Source: Bradymonadia bacterium
Lineage (GTDB): Bacteria > Myxococcota_A > Bradymonadia > UBA7976 > UBA1532
Direction of reading: 5' to 3'
NCBI GenBank assembly: GCA_046290225.1
Contig: JBKAGE010000075.1
Span: 64,001 to 128,000, forward strand
Length of the DNA: 64,000 nucleotides
Of the stretch, positions 39,783-48,988 are shown piece after piece. The first letter of the stretch is position 1. Each line of letters begins with the position of its first letter. The notes beneath the pieces are model-generated. The model did not search any database, had not been told where the DNA came from, and saw nothing but the letters and a program-made list of their open reading frames with translations. Position numbers and translations under genes: made by a program.

Positions 39783-40517
39783 TCAGATGCGGGTGAGCAC
39801 CATCGTCCTCGGACCATCGAGGCTCTCCGGGCGGGGATCGCCTGGGCCACCGCTGGCGAAGTAGAGCTGATCACCTTCGATGTGCATGAGCGCGCCGGAG
39901 GCGATGCCCAGAGCAGGACCACAGACAGGGGTGATGTCTACGGGGAAGGGGGACTGTCCGCCGTGTACGGTGAGCTGGGCAGCGGAAATGGTGTCGAAAC
40001 CCTTGCGCACCACCATGAAGCCGTTGCCGAACAAGAAGCTCATCTTGCCCTGAGGGGTGTCCATGCTCCAGGCGCCAGCAAGGCCCGGTAGATCGGCGCT
40101 GGTGGCCTCGGGCTTGACGCCGGCGGGGCCCAAAGCGGTGAAGACAAAGGGATAGTCCGCAGGCCACCAGAGGGCCTCGTCTTCGCCAATGGAGACGCAG
40201 GCGACGACCCGGGCGTCCCCATGGGCATCGAGCACATCGCAGATGGCCTGCTTGCCTGCCTCGAGGTTGTGGATCGCGAAGAACAGGTTCATGGCTCCGG
40301 AGCCGAAATCAGAGCCATCCCCACTGCCAGCGGCGGATGTCTTCAGGGCTTGCTGAAGCTGGCCATAGAGCTGCTCGGCGAAGGCTTGATCGGCTTCGCT
40401 GTGCACCAGAATCTGCACACACAGATTCCCACTCTCACCGGTGGGGGCGGCCTGTGGTTCGCTCGGTGTCTCGGCAGGCTGTGCTTTGCCTTTGAGGAGG
40501 CGTGATAAAAAGCCCAT
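39783..40517 (-). CDS. Hypothetical two-domain protein
   Basis: MGFLSRLLK amphipathic start; C-terminal beta-rich domain (HIEGDQLYF...PRPESL); family not established. Confidence 0.65.
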   Translation of the reverse strand: MGFLSRLLKGKAQPAETPSEPQAAPTGESGNLCVQILVHSEADQAFAEQLYGQLQQALKTSAAGSGDGSDFGSGAMNLFFAIHNLEAGKQAICDVLDAHGDARVVACVSIGEDEALWWPADYPFVFTALGPAGVKPEATSADLPGLAGAWSMDTPQGKMSFLFGNGFMVVRKGFDTISAAQLTVHGGQSPFPVDITPVCGPALGIASGALMHIEGDQLYFASGGPGDPRPESLDGPRTMVLTRI

Positions 40518-40606
40518 TGCTTCAGTTCTCCCAATTCATCCGGTGTGCTGAGAGGCAGATAGGGCCATGAGTCAGTGGTTGAATCAACCTGAACTGTCAG
40601 GGGTTC

Positions 40607-42112
40607 CTACTGCACATCCACGTCGAAGCGGTCCCCCACGACGCCGCGCACGCGCAGCCAACTCACCCCGGGCTCCAACATCGCCTCGAAGCTGCATTGC
40701 TCCTCTGTGGTGCACGTGGCCAGCCCAACCTGCTCCACCTCTCGATTGCGGATCAGCGTCGCCTGAATCAGGCCGTCTCTTGCGCTCACTGTGAAGGTCA
40801 GCATCGTGGGTGTGTCCACGAACACGGGGATGTCGTGTATCCCTTCTTCGCAGTCCCAGATCACTGCCTCTGTGAGCGTCGACGGGGGCTCCAGTCGAGG
40901 TGTCTCTGCGTTCTCCGGGCAGTTCGGAGAGATCGAACGTGTCACCGCCAGGGTGTATGGCCCCTCGAAGAGCGGCTTCGTCGTCGCCACCACCGTATAG
41001 AGGCCCCCCTCGAGGTTCAGGGCCAGCTCGGGTCCGCTGCCGAAATACATCTCGTCGTCACCGAGCGGCGTCATGGGATCTCCGTCGACGTCGAGCACCG
41101 TAAGCCGGAGCTCTGTCCCGGGCTCGGCGCTCAGGTCGAAGCGGTGAAAGCCTGCTCTGCGGGTGGCAAAGGTGAAGACGTCTGCCCGGGCATCAGGGAA
41201 GCCCTCGTTGAACTGTAGCTCTGACGGATCACAGTCGTTGAGGTCGAAGCTGCCCATGATGGGGGTGTCCACCAGCACGTCACCATCGATGCCGCAGTCG
41301 GTGCGCCTCAGCTCAGCCTGGTACGCGTAAGCGCCGATGCCGCCGGCGAGCATCACCACATAGGGCCCTGGCATCAGGTCGAGCACCAGATCGTCACCCG
41401 CTTCGGCGATCCGTTGTCCGTCGTTGGCGGAGAACACCTGCGCTGTGGCCGCGAAGGCCTCCGAGCGAGTCGTGAGGGCGAGGGTGGAGAACTCCGCGGC
41501 GTCGAAGCGATACAGATCGACCGGGCCGCCGAGGAAGCAGCTCTCCGCCGTCAACATGCCCGATTGGAACTGGTCCGCTTCAGAGAGCACGAGATCGGGG
41601 AAGGGGGCGGCGCAGGGCTGCTCGAGGGCGAACGTGCCGCTCAAGGTGGAGCCTCCGGGGGTGCCCACCTGCAAACGGAACATCCCCGGACGTACACGCT
41701 CGAGCACGTGCACCAGGGCACCATCGTCACCGGCGACGCCCTCAGCGAAGACGTTGTCTCCGTCCAGCGCGAGCACAAAGGGGGTGCCCGGCGGCAGCCC
41801 CTCGCCGCGGATCACCAGGGTGGCCTCGCCGGTGATCAAGAAGTCACGTTGGATGCAGTCACCCATCAACTCGAAGGGGGTCTCGAAGGTGCCTATCTCG
41901 GGGCGCTCACACTCCAAACCCATGTCGGGTGTCAGCATCATGTCGCTCGGTGTCGGATTCATGTCGCTCGGCAGCCGGGCGTCGAGGGGGCCGGCATCTG
42001 CCGGGCCTGTGTCTGCGCTGGGCGCCGTGGCCGAGGTGTTGCTGTCGTCGCCACAGGCTGCGAGCAAGGTGAGCAGACCGCTCAGGGCCAGGGTGGGTCG
42101 CACGTTCGTCAT
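40607..42112 (-). CDS. Lipoprotein with repeated PPC-like beta-sandwich domains
   Basis: Lipobox LLAA-C; acidic Pro/Asp linker; DLYRF/DVFTF...PGPYVV/GLYTVV...YTL patterns. Confidence 0.7.
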   Translation of the reverse strand: MTNVRPTLALSGLLTLLAACGDDSNTSATAPSADTGPADAGPLDARLPSDMNPTPSDMMLTPDMGLECERPEIGTFETPFELMGDCIQRDFLITGEATLVIRGEGLPPGTPFVLALDGDNVFAEGVAGDDGALVHVLERVRPGMFRLQVGTPGGSTLSGTFALEQPCAAPFPDLVLSEADQFQSGMLTAESCFLGGPVDLYRFDAAEFSTLALTTRSEAFAATAQVFSANDGQRIAEAGDDLVLDLMPGPYVVMLAGGIGAYAYQAELRRTDCGIDGDVLVDTPIMGSFDLNDCDPSELQFNEGFPDARADVFTFATRRAGFHRFDLSAEPGTELRLTVLDVDGDPMTPLGDDEMYFGSGPELALNLEGGLYTVVATTKPLFEGPYTLAVTRSISPNCPENAETPRLEPPSTLTEAVIWDCEEGIHDIPVFVDTPTMLTFTVSARDGLIQATLIRNREVEQVGLATCTTEEQCSFEAMLEPGVSWLRVRGVVGDRFDVDVQ

Positions 42113-42227
42113 GCCTTTGTCTCCCGAGAAGCGCTCGCACATCGCAGAGCATTGCTGTCGAACTGGTCATACCACCACGGAGCACTCAGTGGCTCACGCT
42201 TCGGCCTGCCGACGCCGATGTAGAACT

Positions 42228-42243
42228 TGGAACACAATTCGCA
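42228..42243 (+). promoter_or_regulatory. Sigma54 -24/-12 promoter of the fliL operon
   Basis: TGGAAC-acaat-TCGCA with exact GG-N10-GC spacing, about 85 bp before fliL. Confidence 0.55.
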
Positions 42244-42326
42244 TCAGAAGATGTCATCAGAAGATGTCACCAAAAGTCGGCATCGATTCAGGTGTCGAGA
42301 CTGAGCAGGACATCGTTGGAGAGAAC

Positions 42327-42869
42327 ATGGCCGCGGACGAGACAGTAGAGAACGAAGAGGAAGGTGGGGGCAAAGGCGGGGGCAGCAAGCTCCTCATGAT
42401 CATGCTCCTGGTGAATACCCTGGGCCTCGGTGGCCTCGCTGCGTACGTCGTATTGGGTGGGGGCGGTGACGCCAGCGCCGCCGCGGAGACCGGTGACGTC
42501 GCCGAAGAGGCCCTTGAGCCTCCTGAAGAGATGGAGGACATGCCTGCGGCTGCCCCCGGGGCCACAGGCTTCGAGTACACCGATATGAAGGAGCTCGTGA
42601 TCAACCTCAACGAGCCCAGTGGTGATCGGTACCTCAAGACCAAGATCAACCTGCAACTCGACAGCGAAGAGACCAAAGCCGAGATCGACCTGCGCAAGAG
42701 CCAGATCAGATATCAGCTCAACGTGCTGCTCTCGGGCCAGCGCGTCGTCGACGTGCAGGGGCCCGAGAACATGGAGTCTCTGCGCAAGGCCATGGTGCGC
42801 CGGATCAACGCCAGCCTGTCGAAGGGGCGGGTTACGGGCGTTTGGATGGTGGACTGGATCGTTCAGTGA
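42327..42869 (+). CDS. fliL: Flagellar basal body protein FliL
   Basis: ATG 42327 (MAADETV); single TM; LVINLNEPSGDRYLK; upstream of fliM. Confidence 0.9.
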   Translation: MAADETVENEEEGGGKGGGSKLLMIMLLVNTLGLGGLAAYVVLGGGGDASAAAETGDVAEEALEPPEEMEDMPAAAPGATGFEYTDMKELVINLNEPSGDRYLKTKINLQLDSEETKAEIDLRKSQIRYQLNVLLSGQRVVDVQGPENMESLRKAMVRRINASLSKGRVTGVWMVDWIVQ

Positions 42870-42923
42870 CAGGTTCGAGGCTGTCAGTGCCTCTGATTTC
42901 ACCCTACGAAGACGAGAGGGCTC

Positions 42924-44024
42924 ATGTCTGAGCAGCTGCTGTCGCAGAACGAGATCGATGCTCTGCTCTCGGCGGTCAACGACGGCCAGATCGAGGATGA
43001 TCTCGACGGCGGAGATATGGGGGCCATGGGTGGCGGAGGCATGGAAGCCTCTGCCCCGGCCCTCGACGTGGTCAAATACGACCTGCTCAGCCAGGACCGC
43101 ATCATCCGCGGTCGCATGCCCACCCTCGACATCATCAATGATCGCTTCGCCCGCCAGCTGCGGGTGACGCTGTCGAACATGCTGCGCAAGATGATTCAGG
43201 TCTCGGTGGAGTCCACCAGCCTGATGAAGTACGGCGAGTTCCTGAACTACCTGCCCATCCCCAGCTGCCTGAACGTGGTGAAGATGGCCCCGCTGCGAGG
43301 GGCCTGCATCCTCGCCATGGAGGCCAAGCTCGTCTTCGCCTTTTTGAACAACTTCTTCGGAGGCAGCACCAACGCCCAGGAGCGTGTGGAAGGCCGAGAC
43401 TTCACAGCGATCGAGCTGATGGTCATCCGCAAGGTGGTGAAGTTCCTGCTCTCCGATCTCGAGAAGGCATGGAACCCGGTGTTTCCCCTGAAGGGGGAGC
43501 ACATCCGTACCGAGATCAACCCTCAGTTCCTCGCTGTGGTGCCACCCACCGAAGTGGTGGTGCTCACCAGCTACGAGCTCGACCTCGAAGACCTGCGGGG
43601 CACCCTGCAGGTGGTGGTGCCCTACAGCACCGTGGAGCCGATCCGGCACAACTTGTCGAGTGGTGCACAGGGTGAGGCCGAGGAGGAGGACGACTCCTGG
43701 CGGGATCAGATCGAGTACAACCTCGACGAGGTGCCCGTCGATGGCCGCGTGGAGCTCGGCCAGACCCAGATCACCGTGAGCGAGCTGCTCGAACTCGACG
43801 TGGGCCATGTCATCCCTTTGACGCAAGACGTCAACGCACCGTTGACCATGAAGGTGGCGGGACACCGCAAGTTCGAGGTAGAGCCTATGGTGAAGGGTGG
43901 CCACCTCGCGGCCCGGATCGTACGCCCTGTCTTGCCTCGGCCCGATCCAAAGGCCGAGCTAGCCCTGGAACACGACCCCAGCTTGAATGCTGGCACACCC
44001 CCTGCAATTCCACCCCCCCAGTGA
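42924..44024 (+). CDS. fliM: Flagellar motor switch protein FliM
   Basis: LSQNEIDALL CheY-binding motif; RDFTAIE; EINPQF. Confidence 0.96.
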   Translation: MSEQLLSQNEIDALLSAVNDGQIEDDLDGGDMGAMGGGGMEASAPALDVVKYDLLSQDRIIRGRMPTLDIINDRFARQLRVTLSNMLRKMIQVSVESTSLMKYGEFLNYLPIPSCLNVVKMAPLRGACILAMEAKLVFAFLNNFFGGSTNAQERVEGRDFTAIELMVIRKVVKFLLSDLEKAWNPVFPLKGEHIRTEINPQFLAVVPPTEVVVLTSYELDLEDLRGTLQVVVPYSTVEPIRHNLSSGAQGEAEEEDDSWRDQIEYNLDEVPVDGRVELGQTQITVSELLELDVGHVIPLTQDVNAPLTMKVAGHRKFEVEPMVKGGHLAARIVRPVLPRPDPKAELALEHDPSLNAGTPPAIPPPQ

Positions 44025-44040
44025 AGGAGGGATGCCTCAG

Positions 44041-44319
44041 ATGAGCCAGGAGCAGGTACAAGACATCGACTTTCTCTTCGATGTCGAACTCGAGGTGACG
44101 GTGGTGCTCGGCACCACTCGCATGCTCATCAGCGATCTGCTCAAGCTGGCAAACGGCTCGGTGGTGGAGCTCGACAAGCTCGCCGGCGAGTCTCTCGACA
44201 TTCTCGTGAACGACAAGGTCATCGCCCGAGGCGAGGCCGTCACCGTCAACGAGAAGTTCGGGGTCAGGCTCACTGAGATCATCTCCCCCATGGAGCGTAT
44301 CCGACAGCTCAAGGGCTGA
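44041..44319 (+). CDS. fliN: Flagellar motor switch protein FliN
   Basis: GSVVELDKLAGE...IARGEAVTVNEKFGVRLTEII; AGGAGG RBS; alternative start 44032. Confidence 0.95.
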   Translation: MSQEQVQDIDFLFDVELEVTVVLGTTRMLISDLLKLANGSVVELDKLAGESLDILVNDKVIARGEAVTVNEKFGVRLTEIISPMERIRQLKG

Positions 44320-44425
44320 TGCCCGAGCCCGGCGCGCTCGCAACCTGAACAACTGACGAATCGCCGAGGCGCCCCGGAACAGGGGAGCGCTCACCGGCGA
44401 GGTGCGACCTGCGGAGGTGAGGGTG

Positions 44426-46009
44426 ATGTCTGTGCGGCACAATGTGAGCGTAGCCCTGGGGGCGATGATGATGCTGCTCGCCGGTCTGGCGAGCGCCGAA
44501 GGCACCCTGCCCATGATCGACGGCGTCGATCATGTGGTGCACGCCGAGGGACGGACCTTCCGCTTCACGGCGGACCATCCCCTCACCGCAGAAGGGGCCG
44601 AGGCCTTCACCGATGGGGTGGTCCTCGGTCTGCGCTTGACCTCGGCGAAGGTCCGCAAGAGCTGGCCCGAGTTCGAAGACGCCCGCATCAACCGCACCCT
44701 GATGTTCCAGTCTCATCAGAAGGCCGACTCGGTGGTGCTCCGCGTGCGCTTCACCGACATCAAGGGGCTGCCCAAGTCCTTCGCGAAGAAGGTGCGCTTC
44801 GAGGTGCGCAAGGGGGCGGTGCTGGCCCACGTGCCCCCGCTGCCCGGTGAAGATCTCGCCGGCCTGGGGGTCTCGTCTGCCCGTGCCGTAGCCCACGTGA
44901 TGCCCGCCCCGGAGGTGGAGCCCGCGCTGCTGGTGAAAGCCCCTGAGCCCGCTGCGCCGGCGGTGGCGGTGAAAGCCGTCGATCCGGGGCCTGATCCGCT
45001 GCGGACCGAGAGTCGACCCACGATCAAGCCTGCTGTCGCCCCCACCGCTGGGGCCACGTTCCTCGCCCAGATCGACGCCCCGGAGCCGAAGGCGCCTGAG
45101 GCTGCCGACCCCGCACCGGTGGCTGAGGATGTACCTGCGAAGCCTGTGGTCGAGGTGCCCTCTGCGGAGACTCTTGCTGCAGAAGCATTGGAGACGCCCG
45201 CCGCTGCACCTGAGCTGGAGACCGCTGCGCCGGTGCGCCTCGAAGAGGCCCTCATCACCGAGCCGGAGACCCCTGCGAAGCTGCACGCCAACAACATCGG
45301 GGCCCAAGGGGAAGACCTGCCCTTCGACTGGTCCCTCATCGGGGTGCTCGCCTTTGCCCTCTTCGGCCTGTGGGGGGTGAAGAAGCTGCGCCGGCGTCAG
45401 CCCGGAGCCATCGATGGCCGCCTCATCAAGCCGCTGAGCAGCCATCTGCTCGGCCCCCGCCACGGGCTGCTCCTCGTGGACGTCGCCGGGGAGCACGTGT
45501 TGCTGGGCACCAGCGACAAGGGGGTGCAGATGCTCACCAAGATCAACCCCAACACCGACTCGGTGCGGGCCCTCGAGGCTGACTCCATCATGGTGGACCA
45601 CCCCACGCCCAAGGCCATCACTGACAAGCGCTCTGGCAAGGGGACCGCCAGCAAAGCCCGGGCGGCCTTCAGCCAGGTGCTCAACAGCGTCACCGGCCGG
45701 GTGCCCATGCTCGAAGACGACGAAGTGCCTGTGACCGAGCGCCCCGAGCGCCGGCCTCGGGCCACGGCGCCTCAGGTGTCGAAGGTGACCTCCACTGGGG
45801 GCAACACGACCCGCAGCGAGGACGATGCCCTGCTGGCCATGGCCGCCCAGGTTCAAGATGGTCTGACCAGCTCACAGAGCCGCAACACCGTCACCCGGGG
45901 GCCTCACACCCGCCCCATCGATCCCGTGGAGCTCCCCGAGGCCAACGGTGAAGAAGAGGGCGTCGCCGCCGATCTGCTCACCCGTATCCGCCAGTTGCAG
46001 GGCGCCTGA
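44426..46009 (+). CDS. fliO: Extended FliO-like protein
   Basis: Between fliN and fliP; TM followed by LGPRHGLLLVDVAGEHVLLGTS; large N-terminal exported domain and Pro/Ala linker. Confidence 0.8.
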   Translation: MSVRHNVSVALGAMMMLLAGLASAEGTLPMIDGVDHVVHAEGRTFRFTADHPLTAEGAEAFTDGVVLGLRLTSAKVRKSWPEFEDARINRTLMFQSHQKADSVVLRVRFTDIKGLPKSFAKKVRFEVRKGAVLAHVPPLPGEDLAGLGVSSARAVAHVMPAPEVEPALLVKAPEPAAPAVAVKAVDPGPDPLRTESRPTIKPAVAPTAGATFLAQIDAPEPKAPEAADPAPVAEDVPAKPVVEVPSAETLAAEALETPAAAPELETAAPVRLEEALITEPETPAKLHANNIGAQGEDLPFDWSLIGVLAFALFGLWGVKKLRRRQPGAIDGRLIKPLSSHLLGPRHGLLLVDVAGEHVLLGTSDKGVQMLTKINPNTDSVRALEADSIMVDHPTPKAITDKRSGKGTASKARAAFSQVLNSVTGRVPMLEDDEVPVTERPERRPRATAPQVSKVTSTGGNTTRSEDDALLAMAAQVQDGLTSSQSRNTVTRGPHTRPIDPVELPEANGEEEGVAADLLTRIRQLQGA

Positions 46010-46024
46010 GCCTCGGAGCCATCC

Positions 46025-46831
46025 ATGTACGCCCTCTCCCGGCGGCCGGCCATCTGGCTCGGCGCTCTGATTCTGGTCATGGTCGGCGTGAGCTTCGCCT
46101 TCGGGCAGGCCCCGGCGAACCCACCCCTCGAAGCCCCGGCGGGCACCATGAACCCCATGAGCTTCCCCGAGTTCGAACTCAAGATGGGCGGCGGCGAAGG
46201 GGACTGGGTGAGCACCCTGCGCATGTTGGGGCTCATCACCATACTCACCCTCGCCCCGGGCATCCTGCTCACCATGACCTGCTTTACCCGCATCGTCATC
46301 GTGATGAGCTTCATCCGCCAGGCCCTTGGTACTCAGCAGACTCCGCCGAACCAGGTGCTCATGGGGCTCTCGCTCTTCATGACCGTCTTCATCATGAGTC
46401 CGGTGATCTCCAAGGTGCATCAAGACGCCCTGGTGCCGTACATGGCGGAGACCATCTCTCAAGGTGAGGCCCTCGACCGGGCCGTGGCGCCTCTCAAGAG
46501 CTTCATGATGAAGGAGACCCGAGAGAAGGATCTCGCCCTCTTCGTCCAGGCCAGCGGGGCTCAATACCCACAGACCGTCAACGACGTGGGCATGATGCAG
46601 CTCGTGCCCGCCTTCGTGATCAGCGAGCTCAAGACCGCGTTCCAGATGGGCTTCATGATCTTCGTGCCGTTTCTGGTGCTCGACATGGTGGTGGCCTCGG
46701 TGCTCATGGCCATGGGCATGATGATGCTGCCCCCGGTGCTCATCTCGCTGCCCTTCAAGCTCATGCTCTTCGTGCTCGTCGACGGCTGGAATCTGCTCGC
46801 CGGCAGCCTCATCCGCAGCTTCACGGGATAA
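46025..46831 (+). CDS. fliP: Flagellar export gate protein FliP
   Basis: FTRIVIV, QQTPPNQV, PAFVISELKTAF, LPFKLMLFVLVDGW. Confidence 0.97.
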   Translation: MYALSRRPAIWLGALILVMVGVSFAFGQAPANPPLEAPAGTMNPMSFPEFELKMGGGEGDWVSTLRMLGLITILTLAPGILLTMTCFTRIVIVMSFIRQALGTQQTPPNQVLMGLSLFMTVFIMSPVISKVHQDALVPYMAETISQGEALDRAVAPLKSFMMKETREKDLALFVQASGAQYPQTVNDVGMMQLVPAFVISELKTAFQMGFMIFVPFLVLDMVVASVLMAMGMMMLPPVLISLPFKLMLFVLVDGWNLLAGSLIRSFTG

Positions 46832-46834
46832 ACC

Positions 46835-47104
46835 ATGACCATCGACTATGTGGTGGGGTTCTTCTACGAGGCCCTCAAGGTGGCCGCTCAGTTGTCCATG
46901 CCTGCATTGTTGCTGGGCCTCAGCGTGGGCCTGATGGTGTCGATCTTCCAGGCGGTCACCCAGATCAACGAGCAGACCCTGACCTTGATCCCCAAGATCG
47001 TGGCCATCGTCACGGGGTTGATGGTCTTCGGCCACTGGATGCTCCAGCGCCTGATCACCTTTGCCGGCGACGTCATCGGCAACCTGCACACCCTGCCGGG
47101 CTGA
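46835..47104 (+). CDS. fliQ: Flagellar export gate protein FliQ
   Basis: FQAVTQINEQTLTLIPK. Confidence 0.96.
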   Translation: MTIDYVVGFFYEALKVAAQLSMPALLLGLSVGLMVSIFQAVTQINEQTLTLIPKIVAIVTGLMVFGHWMLQRLITFAGDVIGNLHTLPG

Positions 47105-47108
47105 GCTG

Positions 47109-47921
47109 TTGAGCACGCTGGAGGCGATTACCCCCTTTGCCACGGCGTTGGGGCTGGCCACCACCCGCATCGGGGCCTTGATGATGGCCTCGCCGATCTT
47201 TCAGTCCGCCAGCATCCCCAGCAGGCTCAAGGGGGCCCTCACCATGGTGCTGGCCATCCTGGTGGTGCTCAAGTCCGGGCCGCTGTATCCGGTGACCCCC
47301 AGCGGCGTGCTCGTCGATTCGATGGACGGCGCGTTCCTGCTGTCGGCGGTGGCTCGTGAGCTGATGGCTGGCGCCCTCATGGGCCTCGCGGCGACGGTGA
47401 CCTTCTCGGCGATCCAGATGACCGGTGAGACCATGGGTGTGCAGATGGGCTTCTCGGTGGCCAACGTCATCGATCCCACCACGCGCCAGCAGAACGGTCT
47501 CATCACTCAGCTGCTCAACCTCATGGCGGTGCTGATCTTCCTCGCCGTCGATGGTCACCTGTTCCTGCTCAAGGCCTTGTTCGACAGCTTCGACGTGGTG
47601 CCCCTCGCTCAGGTTGCGCCCGATCTCGGCGCCCTCATGGAGATCTTCCTCACCATGGGCACACGGCTGTTCTCGCTGGGTTTGAACATGGCCCTGCCGG
47701 TGATCTGCGTGGTGCTCTTCGTGAATGTGGGCTTGGCCCTCTCGATGCGGGCGGTGCCCCAGATCAACATCTTCGCCGTGGGCTTCATCTTGTCCATCGG
47801 CCTGGGCCTCGTGGTCCTGATGCAAGCCCTGCCCTCTGAAGGCGGGGCCATCGCCCACGTCATCGAAGAGGCCGTGTCATCGGCCGCTCAGGTGGTGCCG
47901 CTCCTCGGAGAGCAGCGGTGA
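47109..47921 (+). CDS. fliR: Flagellar export gate protein FliR
   Basis: QMGFSVANVIDP, DGHLFLL, RAVPQINIF; TTG start assumed. Confidence 0.93.
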   Translation: MSTLEAITPFATALGLATTRIGALMMASPIFQSASIPSRLKGALTMVLAILVVLKSGPLYPVTPSGVLVDSMDGAFLLSAVARELMAGALMGLAATVTFSAIQMTGETMGVQMGFSVANVIDPTTRQQNGLITQLLNLMAVLIFLAVDGHLFLLKALFDSFDVVPLAQVAPDLGALMEIFLTMGTRLFSLGLNMALPVICVVLFVNVGLALSMRAVPQINIFAVGFILSIGLGLVVLMQALPSEGGAIAHVIEEAVSSAAQVVPLLGEQR

Positions 47922-48988
47922 GCGAAGGCGGCGGGGGAGAACGCACAGAAAAGGCGACGCCCAAGCGTCGGGAGGACGCACGAAAAAAAGGTGATGTGGC
48001 CCGATCACGCGATGTGGCCACGGTGCTCATCGTCTTCGCGGGCTTCACCTACCTGACCCTCTTCGGAGGCCGACTGCGAGAAGGGGTCTCGTCGCTGATT
48101 CGAAGGTGTTTTGGCGAGCTCGAGGGCCCATTGAAGTCCTCGGATGCATTCATCGAGTTCACTGGGGAGATCGTGGCCCTCATGGCGGGCTGGCTGGCGC
48201 CGCTCTTCGGCGGGGTGGTTTTGCTGGCGATCCTGGGCAACGTGGCCCAGGTGGGCTGGCTGATCACCTTCGAGCCCCTCAAGCCCGATCTCACCAAGCT
48301 CAACCCGCTGCCGAACCTGAAGAACATTTTCTTCAGCAAGCGCACCCTCGGGAACCTCGTGACCAACGTGGCCAAGGTGACGGTGGTGGCCTCGGTGGTG
48401 GCCCTCACCATCCGCTCCGACGCTGAGAGCATCGCGGTGCTCTCGCAGATGCCCCTCATGGCGGGCATGGAGACGATCTTGTCCACGGTGCTGCAGCTCA
48501 TGCTCAACACGGGCCTGGCCCTCATCGCCATCGCTGGGGCTGACTTCGCGTGGAACAAGTACCTCTACGAAGAGAAGCTCAAGATGAGCAAACACGACGT
48601 GAAGGAGGAGGCGAAGGAGCAGGAAGGCAACCCGCTCATGAAGGGCGCCCGCATGCGCCGGGCCCGGGAGCTTTCCAACAACCGCATGATGCAGGCGGTG
48701 CCCGAGGCCGACGTCGTGCTCAACAACCCCACCCACCTGTCAATCGCCCTGCGCTACCGCCAAGGGGTTGACGCTGCACCGGTGGTGGTGGCGAAGGGGG
48801 CCGACCTCGTGGCGATGCGGATTCGCCGCATTGCCGCAGCGAACGACGTGCCCATGCTCGAGGACAAACCCCTGGCACGGTTGTTGTTTAAGAGATGTGA
48901 GGTCGGTCAGGCGGTGCCCGAAGAGGTGTACCGGGCTGTGGCCGAAGTTCTCGCGTACGTGTACCAGCTGAAAGGCAAGACCGGCTGA
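47918..48988 (+). CDS. flhB: Flagellar export protein FlhB
   Basis: TEKATPKR, EGNPLMK, NPTH autocleavage motif. Confidence 0.96.
   Translation: MSEGGGGERTEKATPKRREDARKKGDVARSRDVATVLIVFAGFTYLTLFGGRLREGVSSLIRRCFGELEGPLKSSDAFIEFTGEIVALMAGWLAPLFGGVVLLAILGNVAQVGWLITFEPLKPDLTKLNPLPNLKNIFFSKRTLGNLVTNVAKVTVVASVVALTIRSDAESIAVLSQMPLMAGMETILSTVLQLMLNTGLALIAIAGADFAWNKYLYEEKLKMSKHDVKEEAKEQEGNPLMKGARMRRARELSNNRMMQAVPEADVVLNNPTHLSIALRYRQGVDAAPVVVAKGADLVAMRIRRIAAANDVPMLEDKPLARLLFKRCEVGQAVPEEVYRAVAEVLAYVYQLKGKTG

Noticed and set aside
41424..42326. N-terminal extensions in the ORF track (fliL, gltX, rplC, dapF, the ORF at 17607)
   Set aside because: Downstream starts have RBSs or family-typical N-termini, and most extensions overlap other genes.
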